64,000 nucleotides of DNA, from the NCBI GenBank assembly GCA_050251335.1, contig JBFWMZ010000010.1:14311-78310 (forward strand), written 5' to 3'. Positions 47,629-57,281 of this stretch are shown piece by piece; the first letter of the stretch is position 1; each line of letters begins with the position of its first letter. The notes beneath the pieces are model-generated. The model worked only from the letters and a program-made list of their open reading frames with translations, was not told the DNA's origin and did not search any database. Both the position numbers and the translations under genes were made by a program. The stretch comes from Solirubrobacterales bacterium. GTDB taxonomy: Bacteria > Actinomycetota > Thermoleophilia > Solirubrobacterales > 70-9.

Positions 47629-48807
47629 TCAGCGCGTGGCCGTCGCGTCTCTCAACGCGCGGCCGACCTGCTCGACCGTGATCACGCCGCTCAGCCGGCC
47701 TTCGGCGTCGACCGCCATCAGCGCTCCGAAGCGGCGCAGGTTCTGGTTCGAGAGCAGGGCGTCGAGGGGGGTGTCGTCGCGGACGAAGAGGCCGCGGTCA
47801 TGGTCGACGATCTCGGACACCGAGGAGCTCGCCCGCGAGATCTCCGGCACCTCGTCGGCGCGGTCGCGCTGCAGCAGGCCGAGGAACCTGTACGCGGTGT
47901 CGACCACCGGGAACCAGGGCCAGCGGTAGCGGAGGAAGTACTCGTCGAGTGCCTGCTCGACGCTGAGGTCGCCGGGGATCGCGACCGGCTCGCGGTCCAT
48001 CACGTCGGCGACGACGACCTCGCCGATCCGGCTCGAGAGGGCGGTCTGCATCGCCGCGCCGCGGGCGGCGCCGTTGACGACGGTGCCGATCAGCGCCAGC
48101 CAGATACCGCTGAAGAAGGCGCCGGTGGCGATCAGCACCAGCCCACCGCCGATGAACAGGTAGCCGAAGCCGCGGCCCATGGTCGCCGCGATTCGCGTCG
48201 CCTTGTTGCGATCGCCGCTGCGCCACCAGATCAGCGCCCGGGCGATCCGGCCGCCGTCCATCGGGAAGGCGGGCAGCAGGTTGAAGACGAGGACGAGGCC
48301 GTTGATCGTCGCCAGCCAGGCGAGCATCGAGATGAAGGCGTTGACGCCGGCGTCGGTCTTGAATTCGACCGCGAGCCGGAAGATGTGGCCGAATTCGCCG
48401 AAGCCGGCGGCGATACCGCCGGCGACGTAGAGGATGGCGACGAGCGCGAGCGTCACCAGCGGCCCGGCGACCGCCACCTCGAACTCGGCCTCCGGGCTGT
48501 CGGTTTCGCGGTCCATGCGGGCGACGCCGCCGAGCATCCAGAGCTGGATGCTGGAGATGCCGACGCCGCGGCGGATCGCCGCGAAGGCATGGCCCAGCTC
48601 ATGCAGGAGGATCGAGCCGAAGAAACCGATCGCACTGAGGATCGCCAGCCCGAAGGCCTTCGAGCCGGTGCCCGATTCGTCGAGGATGTCGCCGTAGACG
48701 CTCGACATCGAGACGATCAGCAGGAAGAGGATCACGAACCACGACCAGTCGACCGTGATCCGGATCCCGCGGACGTGGAAGAGCGTGAAGGAGCTGCCGC
48801 CCAGCAT
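47629..48807 (-). CDS. Site-2 protease (M50) family metalloprotease with CBS domain pair
   Basis: HELGHAF zinc motif, polytopic N-terminus, C-terminal CBS-like repeats. Confidence 0.9.
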   Translation of the reverse strand: MLGGSSFTLFHVRGIRITVDWSWFVILFLLIVSMSSVYGDILDESGTGSKAFGLAILSAIGFFGSILLHELGHAFAAIRRGVGISSIQLWMLGGVARMDRETDSPEAEFEVAVAGPLVTLALVAILYVAGGIAAGFGEFGHIFRLAVEFKTDAGVNAFISMLAWLATINGLVLVFNLLPAFPMDGGRIARALIWWRSGDRNKATRIAATMGRGFGYLFIGGGLVLIATGAFFSGIWLALIGTVVNGAARGAAMQTALSSRIGEVVVADVMDREPVAIPGDLSVEQALDEYFLRYRWPWFPVVDTAYRFLGLLQRDRADEVPEISRASSSVSEIVDHDRGLFVRDDTPLDALLSNQNLRRFGALMAVDAEGRLSGVITVEQVGRALRDATATR

Positions 48808-48864
48808 CGGTCAATGGTAGGGCCCGCTCTCCGCGTCGCAGCTAAACGGCTACCGTCCACCGCG

Positions 48865-50043
48865 ATGGGCGGCGGGCGCGAACAGATGCGGGCGGAGCTG
48901 GTGGAACTGGAGCAGATCGAGCGGCCGTCGGCCTCCGAGGGCGAACGCCAGGCCGCCGAGTGGCTGGTCGAGCGCTTCGCCGCGGCCGGCGCCGAGGCGC
49001 GGATCGAGGCCCTGCCCGCCCACGGGACGTACTGGTGGCCGCTCGGCATCGGCGCCGCGCTGGGGGCCGCCGGGGCGCTGGCGGCGCTGCGCGGTCGCCG
49101 CGTCCTCGGCGCCGCGCTCGGCGCCCTCGGCGCCGCCGGGATCGCCGACGAGTTCCCGCCCAGGCGCCGCCGCCTGCGCCGCTCGCTGCTCCCCACCCGC
49201 ACCGCCTACAACGTCGTCTGCGAGCTCGGCGATCCGGCGGCCGAGCGCACCGTCGTCATCACCGCCCACCACGACGCCGCCCACTCGGGCATCGTCTTCC
49301 ACCCGCGGTTGCCGGAGATCGCCGACCGCCTCGGGATGATCGAGCGGATCGACACCAGCCCGGCGCTGATGGCGCCGGTCGTCGGCGGGCCGCTGCTCGC
49401 AGCCCTCGGCGCCGCGAGCGGAGTCCGCGCCCTCGCCAAGCTCGGGCTGCTGCTCAGCGCCAGCACGGTCGCGGCGATGGCCGAGATCGGCCTGCGCGGC
49501 GTCGTCCCCGGCGCCAACGACAACGGCACCGCGGTCATCGCCCTGCTCGAGCTCGCCCGCCGCTTCGCGGCCGAGCCGCCGCGCGGCGTTCGCGTCCTGC
49601 TCGTCTCGATGGGCGCCGAGGAGTCGTTCAGCGAGGGGATCAAGGGGTTCGGCGAGCGCCACTTCGAGGAGCTGCCGACCGACAGCACCTTCTTCCTCTG
49701 TCTCGAGTCGATCGGCTCGCCCCACCTGCTGGTCCTGCGCGGCGAGGGCTTCCTGAAGATGCACGACTACCCGCCGCGGGCAGTCGACCTCTTCGACTCG
49801 TTGGCCGCCGAGCTCGGCATCTGGCTCTACCCCAACCTGCGCCTGCACAACGGCACCGATGGCCTCGAGCCGCTCGCCGCCGGCTACCAGACAGTCGCGC
49901 TCTGCTCCTGCACCGACCTCAAGCAGGCCGCCAACTACCACTGGCCCAACGACCTCGCCGAGAACGTCGACTTCGACACCGTGGCCGACGGGGTGCGTCT
50001 CAGCGAGACCGCCGTCCGCCGCCTCGGCGAGCGCTGGCTGTAG
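48865..50043 (+). CDS. M28-family metallopeptidase with membrane segments
   Basis: C-terminal part of track ORF 47800..50043: ...VVITAHHDAAHSG...PGANDNGTAVIALLELAR...VSMGAEESFSEG. ATG at 48865 (alternative 48886). Confidence 0.8.
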   Translation: MGGGREQMRAELVELEQIERPSASEGERQAAEWLVERFAAAGAEARIEALPAHGTYWWPLGIGAALGAAGALAALRGRRVLGAALGALGAAGIADEFPPRRRRLRRSLLPTRTAYNVVCELGDPAAERTVVITAHHDAAHSGIVFHPRLPEIADRLGMIERIDTSPALMAPVVGGPLLAALGAASGVRALAKLGLLLSASTVAAMAEIGLRGVVPGANDNGTAVIALLELARRFAAEPPRGVRVLLVSMGAEESFSEGIKGFGERHFEELPTDSTFFLCLESIGSPHLLVLRGEGFLKMHDYPPRAVDLFDSLAAELGIWLYPNLRLHNGTDGLEPLAAGYQTVALCSCTDLKQAANYHWPNDLAENVDFDTVADGVRLSETAVRRLGERWL

Positions 50044-50050
50044 ACGCTCA

Positions 50051-50099
50051 GCCGATGGGCCGATTTCGTGACCTATGTTCTCGAAATCGGCCCATCGGC
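50051..50099. terminator. Perfect 18-bp-stem hairpin after the M28 peptidase gene
   Basis: GCCGATGGGCCGATTTCG (50051-50068), a 13-nt loop, then CGAAATCGGCCCATCGGC (50082-50099). It begins 8 nt after the stop. No U-tract follows. Confidence 0.5.
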
Positions 50100-50167
50100 C
50101 CGCCGTCGACGCTGTGTGACGAATCCCGACTACGCGCTCGGAGTTGCGCTGTATAGCATCCGCGCCC

Positions 50168-51856
50168 GTGCCCACCCATGACGTTCTCGTAATCGGCGCC
50201 GGGCTGGCCGGCCAGCGCGCCGCCCTTGCAGCCGCCGAGGAGGGTGTCTCGGTCGGAATCATCAGCAAGGTGCATCCGGTCCGGTCCCACTCCAACGCCG
50301 CCCAGGGCGGCATCAACGCGGCCCTGAATCCCGACGACAGCTGGGAGTCGCACGCCTTCGACACCGTCAAGGGCTCCGACTACCTCGGCGACCAGGACGC
50401 GATCGAAATCATGGCCCGCGAGGCGCCGGAAGAAATCCTCGAGATGGAGCATCTCGGCGTCACCTTCCACCGCAACGAGGAAGGCCGGCTCGGGACCCGC
50501 GCATTTGGCGGCGCCTCCGCCGCTCGCACCTACTACGTCGCCGACATCACCGGCCAGGCGATCATGCACGTGCTCTACGAGCAGTTGATGAAATACAGCG
50601 AGCAGGTCGCCCGCTACGAGGAGTGGTTCTGCACCTCGCTCGCCCTCGACGAGGCCGGCGAGTGCTGCGGCGTCGTCACCCGCAACATCGCCAACGGCGA
50701 GATGGAGCTGTTCCAGGCGAAGGCGGTGATCCTCGCCTGCGGCGGCAACGGCCAGGTCTGGAAGCCGACCACCAACGCCCTGATCTGCACCGGCGACGGG
50801 ATCGCGATGGCCTACCGCGCCGGCGCCAAGCTGATGGACATGGAGATGATCCAGTACCACCCGACGACGCTGGCGGGCAAGGGCTTCCTGATCACCGAGG
50901 GCGCCCGCGGCGAGGGCGCGCACCTGCTGAACAAGAACGGCGAACGCTTCATGGAGAAGTACGCGCCGAACAAAATGGAGCTCGCCTCGCGCGACGTCGT
51001 CTCCCGCGCCGAGCAGACCGAGATCAACGAGGGCCGCGGCTTCCCCGACGGGACCGTCGCGCTCGACATCACCGTGGTGCCGAAAAAGCGCGTCCACGAG
51101 GCGCTGCGCGAGATCGTCCTCGTCGGCCGGGACTTCGCCGGCGTCGACATCACCCGCGAACCGATCCACATCAAGCCCGGCAACCACTACACGATGGGCG
51201 GGGTCAAGACCGACGTCGAGGGCCGCACCGACGTCCCGGGCCTCTACGCCGCCGGCGAGACCGCCTGCGTCTCGGTCCACGGCGGCAACCGGCTGGGCGC
51301 CAACTCGCTGCTCGACACGCTGATCTTCGGCCGCCACTCCGGCGTCGACGCCGCCCGCCGCGCCAAGCGCATCGACGGCTCGAAACCGTCGAAGCAGGTG
51401 CTCGAGGACGAGGAGGCGATGATCGCCGACATCAACTCGCGCGCCAAGGGCTCCGGCCGCCGCGTCTCGGAGATCAAGCTCGAGCTCGGCGAGACGATGG
51501 ACAGATACGTCGCCGTCTTCCGCGAGGAGGCCGGAATCCAGCAGGCGCTGGAGACGGTGCGCCGCCTCAAGGAGGAGGCCAAGACCGCCTACATCGATGA
51601 CCACGGCGCGATCTTCAACCAGGACCTGATCGCGGCGATCGAGTTGGGGTACATGCTCGACAACGCCGAGTGCACCTGCATCGCCGCGCTCGAGCGCAAG
51701 GAGAGCCGCGGCGCCCAGTACCGCACCGACTACCCGGAGCGAAACGACGAGGAGTGGCTCAAACACATCGATCTCGAGCGCACCGACGACGGGCCCGAGC
51801 TCTCCTACTCCGAGGTCACGATCACCCAGTGGCAACCTGAAGCGAGGACCTACTAA
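50168..51856 (+). CDS. sdhA: Succinate dehydrogenase / fumarate reductase flavoprotein subunit
   Basis: [16 protein letters not shown]...[13 protein letters not shown]...HPTT...GEGA..., the FAD-binding and catalytic motifs. Start is GTG 50168 or TTG 50144 (track). Confidence 0.93.
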   Translation: MPTHDVLVIGAGLAGQRAALAAAEEGVSVGIISKVHPVRSHSNAAQGGINAALNPDDSWESHAFDTVKGSDYLGDQDAIEIMAREAPEEILEMEHLGVTFHRNEEGRLGTRAFGGASAARTYYVADITGQAIMHVLYEQLMKYSEQVARYEEWFCTSLALDEAGECCGVVTRNIANGEMELFQAKAVILACGGNGQVWKPTTNALICTGDGIAMAYRAGAKLMDMEMIQYHPTTLAGKGFLITEGARGEGAHLLNKNGERFMEKYAPNKMELASRDVVSRAEQTEINEGRGFPDGTVALDITVVPKKRVHEALREIVLVGRDFAGVDITREPIHIKPGNHYTMGGVKTDVEGRTDVPGLYAAGETACVSVHGGNRLGANSLLDTLIFGRHSGVDAARRAKRIDGSKPSKQVLEDEEAMIADINSRAKGSGRRVSEIKLELGETMDRYVAVFREEAGIQQALETVRRLKEEAKTAYIDDHGAIFNQDLIAAIELGYMLDNAECTCIAALERKESRGAQYRTDYPERNDEEWLKHIDLERTDDGPELSYSEVTITQWQPEARTY

Positions 51857-53112
51857 TGGCCGAGTACACGATCAAAGTCCGCAGGTTCCAGCCGGAGAGC
51901 GGCGAGGGGCCCTACTGGGAGGAATTCGGGGTCGACCTCGAGCCCTCGCTCTCGGTCCTCGACGCGCTGCTGCAGGCGAAGGACCGCGAGGACGGCTCGC
52001 TTGCGGTGCGCTGCTCCTGCCGCGCCGCGATCTGCGGCTCCTGCGGGATGAAGATCAACGGCCAGTCGACGCTTGGCTGCAAGACCCAGATCGGCGAGGC
52101 CCAGGAGCAGGCGGACAAGATGATCGCCGCCACCGGCGTCAGCGCCGCGGTCGCCGAGAGCCCGATCCGCGGCGTCGGCGGCGGCATCATGGGGACCGAG
52201 AGCGGGCCCGACGTAGAGGCCGCCCCGGGCGAGGACGACGGCGCCGCCGCGATCGTGATCGAGCCGATGGGCAACATGCCGGTGGTCAAGGACCTGGTCA
52301 CCGACATGGAGTCGACGCACTGGAAGAAGATCCGCCGCGTCACCCCCTGGCTGCTGCCGCACGGCGAGCCGCCGGAGCGCGAGTACGTCGTCGAGCCGGA
52401 GTCGATGATCGACATCACCCAGTCAATGGCCTGCATCCAGTGCGGCGCCTGCGTCTCCTCCTGTCTCTCGATGGAAGCCGATCCGGAGTTCATCGGCCCG
52501 GCGGCACTGGCCAAGGCCTACCGCTTCGTCGGCGACCCGCGCGACGCCGAGACCCACGAGCGCCTCCACGACCTCGCCCTCGATCCGCACGGGATCTACG
52601 ACTGCACCCACTGCTTCAGCTGCGTCGACGCCTGCCCGAAGGGCGTGGCGCCGATGGACCAGATCATGCGCCTGCGCCGCAGGGCCGGCGAGGAGGGAAT
52701 CGCTGACCCCAACAGCGGCCACGACCACGAGATGGCCTTCGTCAACATCATCAAGAAGAAGGGCACCCTGGACGAGTCGCTGCTCCTGCAGGAGTCCTTC
52801 GCCCCCGGTCTGATCGGCAAGCTGAAACCGAGCAAACGGGCGATCCGCGAAATGCTCGGCTCGCTGCCGACCGCGATCCGCGGGATCAAGACCGGCAAGA
52901 TGCGCTCGCTGCCGAAGCTGATCCCGGGCGTCCACCACAAGCTGCCGGGCGGCGCCCAGGACGAGGTCAAGGCGATCTACGAGCACGCCGAGGCCCACAG
53001 CGAGGAATTCAACCTGTACATCAAGGGCGAGGAGGGCGATCTGGTCGACGAGCCGGACGTCGAGAAGGGCGCCGAGCGCTCAACCTCTCCCGAGAACCCG
53101 GAGGCGAAATAG
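51856..53112 (+). CDS. sdhB: Succinate dehydrogenase iron-sulfur subunit with internal insertion and C-terminal extension
   Basis: [17 protein letters not shown] (2Fe-2S), [11 protein letters not shown] (4Fe-4S) and [12 protein letters not shown] (full CxxCxxCxxxCP). ATG overlaps the sdhA stop (TAATG). Confidence 0.9.
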   Translation: MAEYTIKVRRFQPESGEGPYWEEFGVDLEPSLSVLDALLQAKDREDGSLAVRCSCRAAICGSCGMKINGQSTLGCKTQIGEAQEQADKMIAATGVSAAVAESPIRGVGGGIMGTESGPDVEAAPGEDDGAAAIVIEPMGNMPVVKDLVTDMESTHWKKIRRVTPWLLPHGEPPEREYVVEPESMIDITQSMACIQCGACVSSCLSMEADPEFIGPAALAKAYRFVGDPRDAETHERLHDLALDPHGIYDCTHCFSCVDACPKGVAPMDQIMRLRRRAGEEGIADPNSGHDHEMAFVNIIKKKGTLDESLLLQESFAPGLIGKLKPSKRAIREMLGSLPTAIRGIKTGKMRSLPKLIPGVHHKLPGGAQDEVKAIYEHAEAHSEEFNLYIKGEEGDLVDEPDVEKGAERSTSPENPEAK

Positions 53113-54023
53113 TGGCGGACCCGATCAAAGTCGCCTACTGGCCCGGCTGCGTCTCGCGCGGCTTCACCCCCGAGCTGCACGGCTCGATGGCGCTGGTGGC
53201 GCAGAAGCTGGGTATCGAGCTGGTCACCCTCGACCGCGCAAACTGCTGCGGCGCCGGAGTGATCGCCGAGCACAACCAGGAGCTCGCCGACACCCTCAAC
53301 GCCCGCACCTTCGCGCTCGCCCAGCAGACCGGCCTCTCGATGATGAACATCTGCTCGACCTGCCAGGGCGCCCAGTCCGAGTGCCAGCAGCGGCTCGACG
53401 CCGACTCCGCCTACCGCGCCCACATCAACGAGACCCTCTCCGGCCAGGGCCTGGCCTACGAGCGCTCCGAGGACGGCGCCTGGAACAACAAAAACTTCCT
53501 CTGGCTGCTGGTCGAGGACTACGGCCTCGACCGCCTCGCCTCGCTGGTCACCCGGCCGCTCTCCGGCCTCCGCGTCGGCCCCTTCTACGGCTGCTACATC
53601 GTGCGGCCCAAGGAACGGCTCGGCTACGCCGAGTTCCCCGACCGCGACATCTACCTCGAGCAGGTGATCAAGGTGCTGGGCGGCGAGGTCGTCGAGTACG
53701 ACGGTGCCCGCAAGTGCTGCGGCTTCCCGGTGATCACGATGAACCGCGAGACCTCGCTGCGCCAGGCCGGCACCCACGTCGGCGACGCGATCGACGCCGG
53801 CGCCGACTGCCTCGTCACCCCCTGCCCGCTCTGCCACCTGAACCTCGACATGCAGCAGCCGGAGGCGGCCAAGGTCGTAAACCGCGACCTCGGCCTCGCC
53901 GTCCTGCACCTGCCGCAGCTGGTCGGCCTCGCGCTCGGCGCCAGCCCGAAGGAGCTGGGGATGCCGAAGCACATCGCCTCGACCAACTGGGTCGAGGAGC
54001 GGCTGACCGCGGTTCCGGCCTAG
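53112..54023 (+). CDS. HdrB-like (two CCG domains) subunit, SdhE-type subunit of a type-E succinate:quinone oxidoreductase
   Basis: Two CCG modules: WPGC...NCCGAG...CSTC and FYGC...KCCGFP...CPLC. GTG overlaps the sdhB stop. Confidence 0.85.
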   Translation: MADPIKVAYWPGCVSRGFTPELHGSMALVAQKLGIELVTLDRANCCGAGVIAEHNQELADTLNARTFALAQQTGLSMMNICSTCQGAQSECQQRLDADSAYRAHINETLSGQGLAYERSEDGAWNNKNFLWLLVEDYGLDRLASLVTRPLSGLRVGPFYGCYIVRPKERLGYAEFPDRDIYLEQVIKVLGGEVVEYDGARKCCGFPVITMNRETSLRQAGTHVGDAIDAGADCLVTPCPLCHLNLDMQQPEAAKVVNRDLGLAVLHLPQLVGLALGASPKELGMPKHIASTNWVEERLTAVPA

Positions 54024-54027
54024 CGGT

Positions 54028-54252
54028 TCAGAACTGCGCCGCGGCCACGGTCGCGACGAGCGAAGCAAGCGTCACGATCATCGCCAGCTGTAGGCGGTCG
54101 AATCGACCTTCGAGCCGATCGAATCGACCTTCGAGCCGATCGAATCGACCTTCGAGCCGGTCGAAGCGCTCATCGACTGCGTCGAAGCGGTGGTCGATGT
54201 GAGCGAACTGGGCATCCAGCCGCTCGTCGTTCCATTTCGATCGCACCTCCAT
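54028..54252 (-). CDS. Small coiled-coil protein with (RFDRLEG)n repeats and a C-terminal TM anchor
   Basis: MEVRSKWNDERLDAQFAHIDHRFDAVDERFDRLEGRFDRLEGRFDRLEGRFDRLQLAMIVTLASLVATVAAAQF. The start is uncertain: 54252, or 54285. Confidence 0.6.
   Translation of the reverse strand: MEVRSKWNDERLDAQFAHIDHRFDAVDERFDRLEGRFDRLEGRFDRLEGRFDRLQLAMIVTLASLVATVAAAQF
54096..54158. repeat. 3 x 21-bp near-perfect tandem repeat (with degenerate flanking units to about 54201)
   Basis: G(G/A)TCGAATCGACCTTCGAGCC occurs at 54096, 54117 and 54138. It encodes the RFDRLEG heptads on the minus strand. Confidence 0.9.
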
Positions 54253-54428
54253 CGCCCGGCGAGCGTAGCAGACAAAATGTTCCATAACGCGCGCGTCTGT
54301 GTGACTTTTCAGGCGGGGTTCGGAGGGCCGACGGCAGCCCGGCGCCCGGTTCGATAGCCTCGACCGTGGTGAGCCGGGAAGCCTGGTCGGCACTCGAGTA
54401 GTCGACCCCAGAAAGGATCCGGGGCTCC

Positions 54429-55700
54429 ATGGCAATCGCCGTCGCCACTTTCCTGATCGCGCTCGCGGTCATCGCCGCCGAGAAGCTGCACCGCACCAAC
54501 GTCGCCCTGCTGGGGGCGGCGATCGTCGTCCTCTTCGTCGGCGACTTCTCGCAGGAGCAGGCGATCGAGTCGGTCGACTTCAACACGATCGGGCTGCTGG
54601 TGGGGATGATGATCCTCGTCTACCTGACCCAGCAGACCGGCGTCTACGACTTCCTCGCGATCCGCGCCGGGCAGCTCTCCGGCGGGCGCTCCTTCGCGCT
54701 GACCATGAGCCTCGCCGGGATCACCGCGCTGCTCTCGGCCTTCCTCGACAACCTGACGACGATCCTGCTGATCGCCCCGATCACCTTCCTGCTCGCCGAC
54801 GCGCTCGACATCGAGGCGGTGCCGCTGCTGATCATCGAGGTGATCGCCTCGAACATCGGCGGCACCGCGACCCTGATCGGCGACCCGCCGAACATCATCA
54901 TCGCCGGCGCCACCGGGCTGAGCTTCAACTCCTTCATCGTCAACCTGGCGCCGATCGTGATCGTCACGCTCACGGTGGTCGTGCCGCTTCTCTACCTCGT
55001 CTTCCGCTCGCGGTTGCAGATCGAGGAGAAGGACCGACGCTCGGTGATGGAGCTCGACGCGGTCGCCTCGATCCGAGACCGGGCGGAGCTGCGTCGCACC
55101 GGACCTGTCCTGCTGCTCACGATCCTCGCCTTCTTCGCCCACCAAGCGCTCCACATCGAGCCCGCCACCGTCGCCCTGACCGGCGCGGCGGTCGGTCTCC
55201 TGGTCACCAGACTGAAGCTCGAGGACACCTTGGCGCACATCGAGTGGACGACGCTGTTCTTCTTCATCGGCCTCTTCGTCATGGTCGGGGCGCTGGAGGC
55301 GACCGGGGCGATCGGCCACGTCGCCGACGCCGTCAAGGACGTGACCGGCGGCGAGCGCACCGCGGAGCTGCTCGGAATCGTCTGGGTGGCGGCGCTCGGC
55401 TCCGCCGTGGTCGACAACATCCCCTTCACGACGGCGATGATCCCCGTCGTCAAGGAGCTGCAGGCGGCTGCCCATACGCAGGGCGACGACGCCTACTGGT
55501 GGTCGCTGGCGCTCGGCGCCTGCTTCGGCGGCAACGCGACGATGATCGCCGCCGCCGCCAACGTCGCCGCCGCCGGCCTCGCCGAGCGGGCGGGGACGCC
55601 GATCGGATTCATGACCTTCCTGCGCATCGGCCTGCCGGTTACGGCGATCTCGATCGCCCTGGCCTCCGGCTACGTCGCCATCCGCTACATCGCACTCTGA
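54429..55700 (+). CDS. ArsB/NhaD-superfamily permease
   Basis: About 12 TM helices. The motif LSAFLDN.T... recurs as GSAVVDNIPFT, typical of the ArsB/NhaD/CitMHS fold. Confidence 0.85.
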   Translation: MAIAVATFLIALAVIAAEKLHRTNVALLGAAIVVLFVGDFSQEQAIESVDFNTIGLLVGMMILVYLTQQTGVYDFLAIRAGQLSGGRSFALTMSLAGITALLSAFLDNLTTILLIAPITFLLADALDIEAVPLLIIEVIASNIGGTATLIGDPPNIIIAGATGLSFNSFIVNLAPIVIVTLTVVVPLLYLVFRSRLQIEEKDRRSVMELDAVASIRDRAELRRTGPVLLLTILAFFAHQALHIEPATVALTGAAVGLLVTRLKLEDTLAHIEWTTLFFFIGLFVMVGALEATGAIGHVADAVKDVTGGERTAELLGIVWVAALGSAVVDNIPFTTAMIPVVKELQAAAHTQGDDAYWWSLALGACFGGNATMIAAAANVAAAGLAERAGTPIGFMTFLRIGLPVTAISIALASGYVAIRYIAL

Positions 55701-55709
55701 GGAGGACCA

Positions 55710-56198
55710 ATGCCCGACGCGATCGTCAAAGAGATCCTGCAGGAGATCGAGCCGCTGAAAGCGAACGACCTGATCGGCCCGGCGGCGCGGCGGGTGATCG
55801 ACGCCGGGCTCCCGGCTCTCCCCGCCGTCGAGGAGGACGGCAGCTTCGCCGGCATCTTCGGCGAGCGCGAGTTCATGACCGCGCTCTTCCCCGGCTATGT
55901 CGGCGAGCTCGCCTCGGCGGCGATGGTGTCCCGCTCGGTCGACGAGACGATCGAGCGGCGCAGCGACTGCGCCTTCGAGCCGATCCGTCGCTACCTGACC
56001 ACCGATCACGTCCTCGTCGAGGACAACTACTCCGACACCCAGCTGGTCGAGATCTTCCTCCACCACCGGGTCCTGATCGTTCCGATCGCGACCAGGGGGA
56101 AGGTCCACGCGATCGTCCCGCGCCACGCCTTCTTCTGCCTGCTCGCCGAGCGCTTCGGCGAAATCGCCGAGAGCGGCGACGACCAGCCGACCGGGTAG
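55710..56198 (+). CDS. CBS-domain pair protein
   Basis: Two CBS-like modules (PALPAVEEDGSFAGIFGEREF; LIVPIATRGKVHAIVPRHAF). A GGAGGA SD sits upstream. Begins 9 nt after the permease. Confidence 0.8.
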   Translation: MPDAIVKEILQEIEPLKANDLIGPAARRVIDAGLPALPAVEEDGSFAGIFGEREFMTALFPGYVGELASAAMVSRSVDETIERRSDCAFEPIRRYLTTDHVLVEDNYSDTQLVEIFLHHRVLIVPIATRGKVHAIVPRHAFFCLLAERFGEIAESGDDQPTG

Positions 56199-56210
56199 CG
56201 ACTCCGACCG

Positions 56211-57248
56211 CTAGGCCGGAACGCCGACGAGGCCGCGCTCGTGCAGCAGCTCGGCCAGCTGCACGGTGTTGGTCGCGGCGCCCTTGCGCAGGTTGTCGGC
56301 GACGATCCAGAGGTCGAGGGCGCGCTCGTTGCCGGGGTCGCGACGGATCCGGCCGACCAGCACCTCGTCCTGGCCGGCGGCCTCGATCGCCATCGGGAAG
56401 CGGGCCGCGGCGGGGTCGTCGACGACCTTGACGCCGGGCGCCGCCTCGAGCAGCTCGCGGGCCCGCTCGGGGGCGAGCGGCTCGCGGGTCTCGACGTTGA
56501 CCGCCTCCGAGTGGCCGGTGACGACGGGGACGCGGATGCAGGTGGCGGAGACGCGGATCGAGTCGTCGCCGAGGATCTTGCGGGTCTCGTTGATCAGCTT
56601 GCGCTCCTCGTCGGTGTGGTCGTCGCCGGACGCGAAGCTGCCCGCCTGGGCGAGCACGTTGAAGGCGATCTGGTGCGGGTAGATCGCCGGGCTGGGCGGC
56701 CGGCGGCCGTCGAGCACCGCGCGGGTCTGCTCGGTCAGCTCGTCGACCGCCGCCTTGCCGGTCCCGGAGACCGCCTGGTAGGTGGAGACGACGAGGCGCT
56801 CGATCCCGGCCTCGTCGAACAGCGGCTTCAGGGCGACGACCATCTGCATCGTCGAGCAGTTGGGGTTGGCGATGATCCCGCGGTGGGCGTCGAGCGCCTC
56901 CGGGTTGACCTCGGAGACGACCAGCGGCACCTCGTCGCGCATCCGCCAGTAGCTGGTGTTGTCGACCACCGTGGCGCCGGCCTCGACCAGCTTCGGCGTC
57001 CACTCGGCGCTGACCTTGCCACCGGCCGAGGAGAGGACGATGTCGAGGCCCTGGATCGAGTCCTCGCCGAGCTCCCGCACGGTCAGCGAGTCGCCCCCCC
57101 ACTCGAGCTGCCTGCCGGCCGAGCGGGCCGAGGCAAGCGGCCGCAGCTCGGCGATCGGGAAGTCGCGTTCGGCGAGGATCTCGAGGATCCGCGTCCCGAC
57201 CAGCCCGGTCGCGCCGAGCACTCCGACTCTGTAGCCGTCGCCGCTCAT
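56211..57248 (-). CDS. asd: Aspartate-semialdehyde dehydrogenase
   Basis: VGVLGATGLVG...IIANPNCSTMQMV... Confidence 0.95.
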   Translation of the reverse strand: MSGDGYRVGVLGATGLVGTRILEILAERDFPIAELRPLASARSAGRQLEWGGDSLTVRELGEDSIQGLDIVLSSAGGKVSAEWTPKLVEAGATVVDNTSYWRMRDEVPLVVSEVNPEALDAHRGIIANPNCSTMQMVVALKPLFDEAGIERLVVSTYQAVSGTGKAAVDELTEQTRAVLDGRRPPSPAIYPHQIAFNVLAQAGSFASGDDHTDEERKLINETRKILGDDSIRVSATCIRVPVVTGHSEAVNVETREPLAPERARELLEAAPGVKVVDDPAAARFPMAIEAAGQDEVLVGRIRRDPGNERALDLWIVADNLRKGAATNTVQLAELLHERGLVGVPA

Positions 57249-57281
57249 CGTCGCCTGAGTATGACGAAACCGAGGCCGGGG

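Noticed and set aside
50129-50157. A TATAGC box 10 nt upstream of GTG 50168 as a leaderless sdhA promoter.
   Set aside because: There is no acceptable -35 at 17±1 bp, and the alternative TTG start at 50144 cannot be excluded. It is too weak to list as a feature.
54096-54201. The 21-bp direct repeats considered as a possible mini-CRISPR array.
   Set aside because: The units are contiguous with no spacers, lie in-frame inside a coding sequence (RFDRLEG heptads), and no cas genes are present.
54253-54428. A possible riboswitch or leader upstream of the ArsB/NhaD permease-CBS operon (a 176-nt GC-rich gap with several short stems).
   Set aside because: I could not recognise the conserved core of any riboswitch class I know (fluoride, Mn, guanidine, c-di-AMP, Mg), and the gap also has to hold the start region of the divergent small gene. 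There is not enough evidence to call it.
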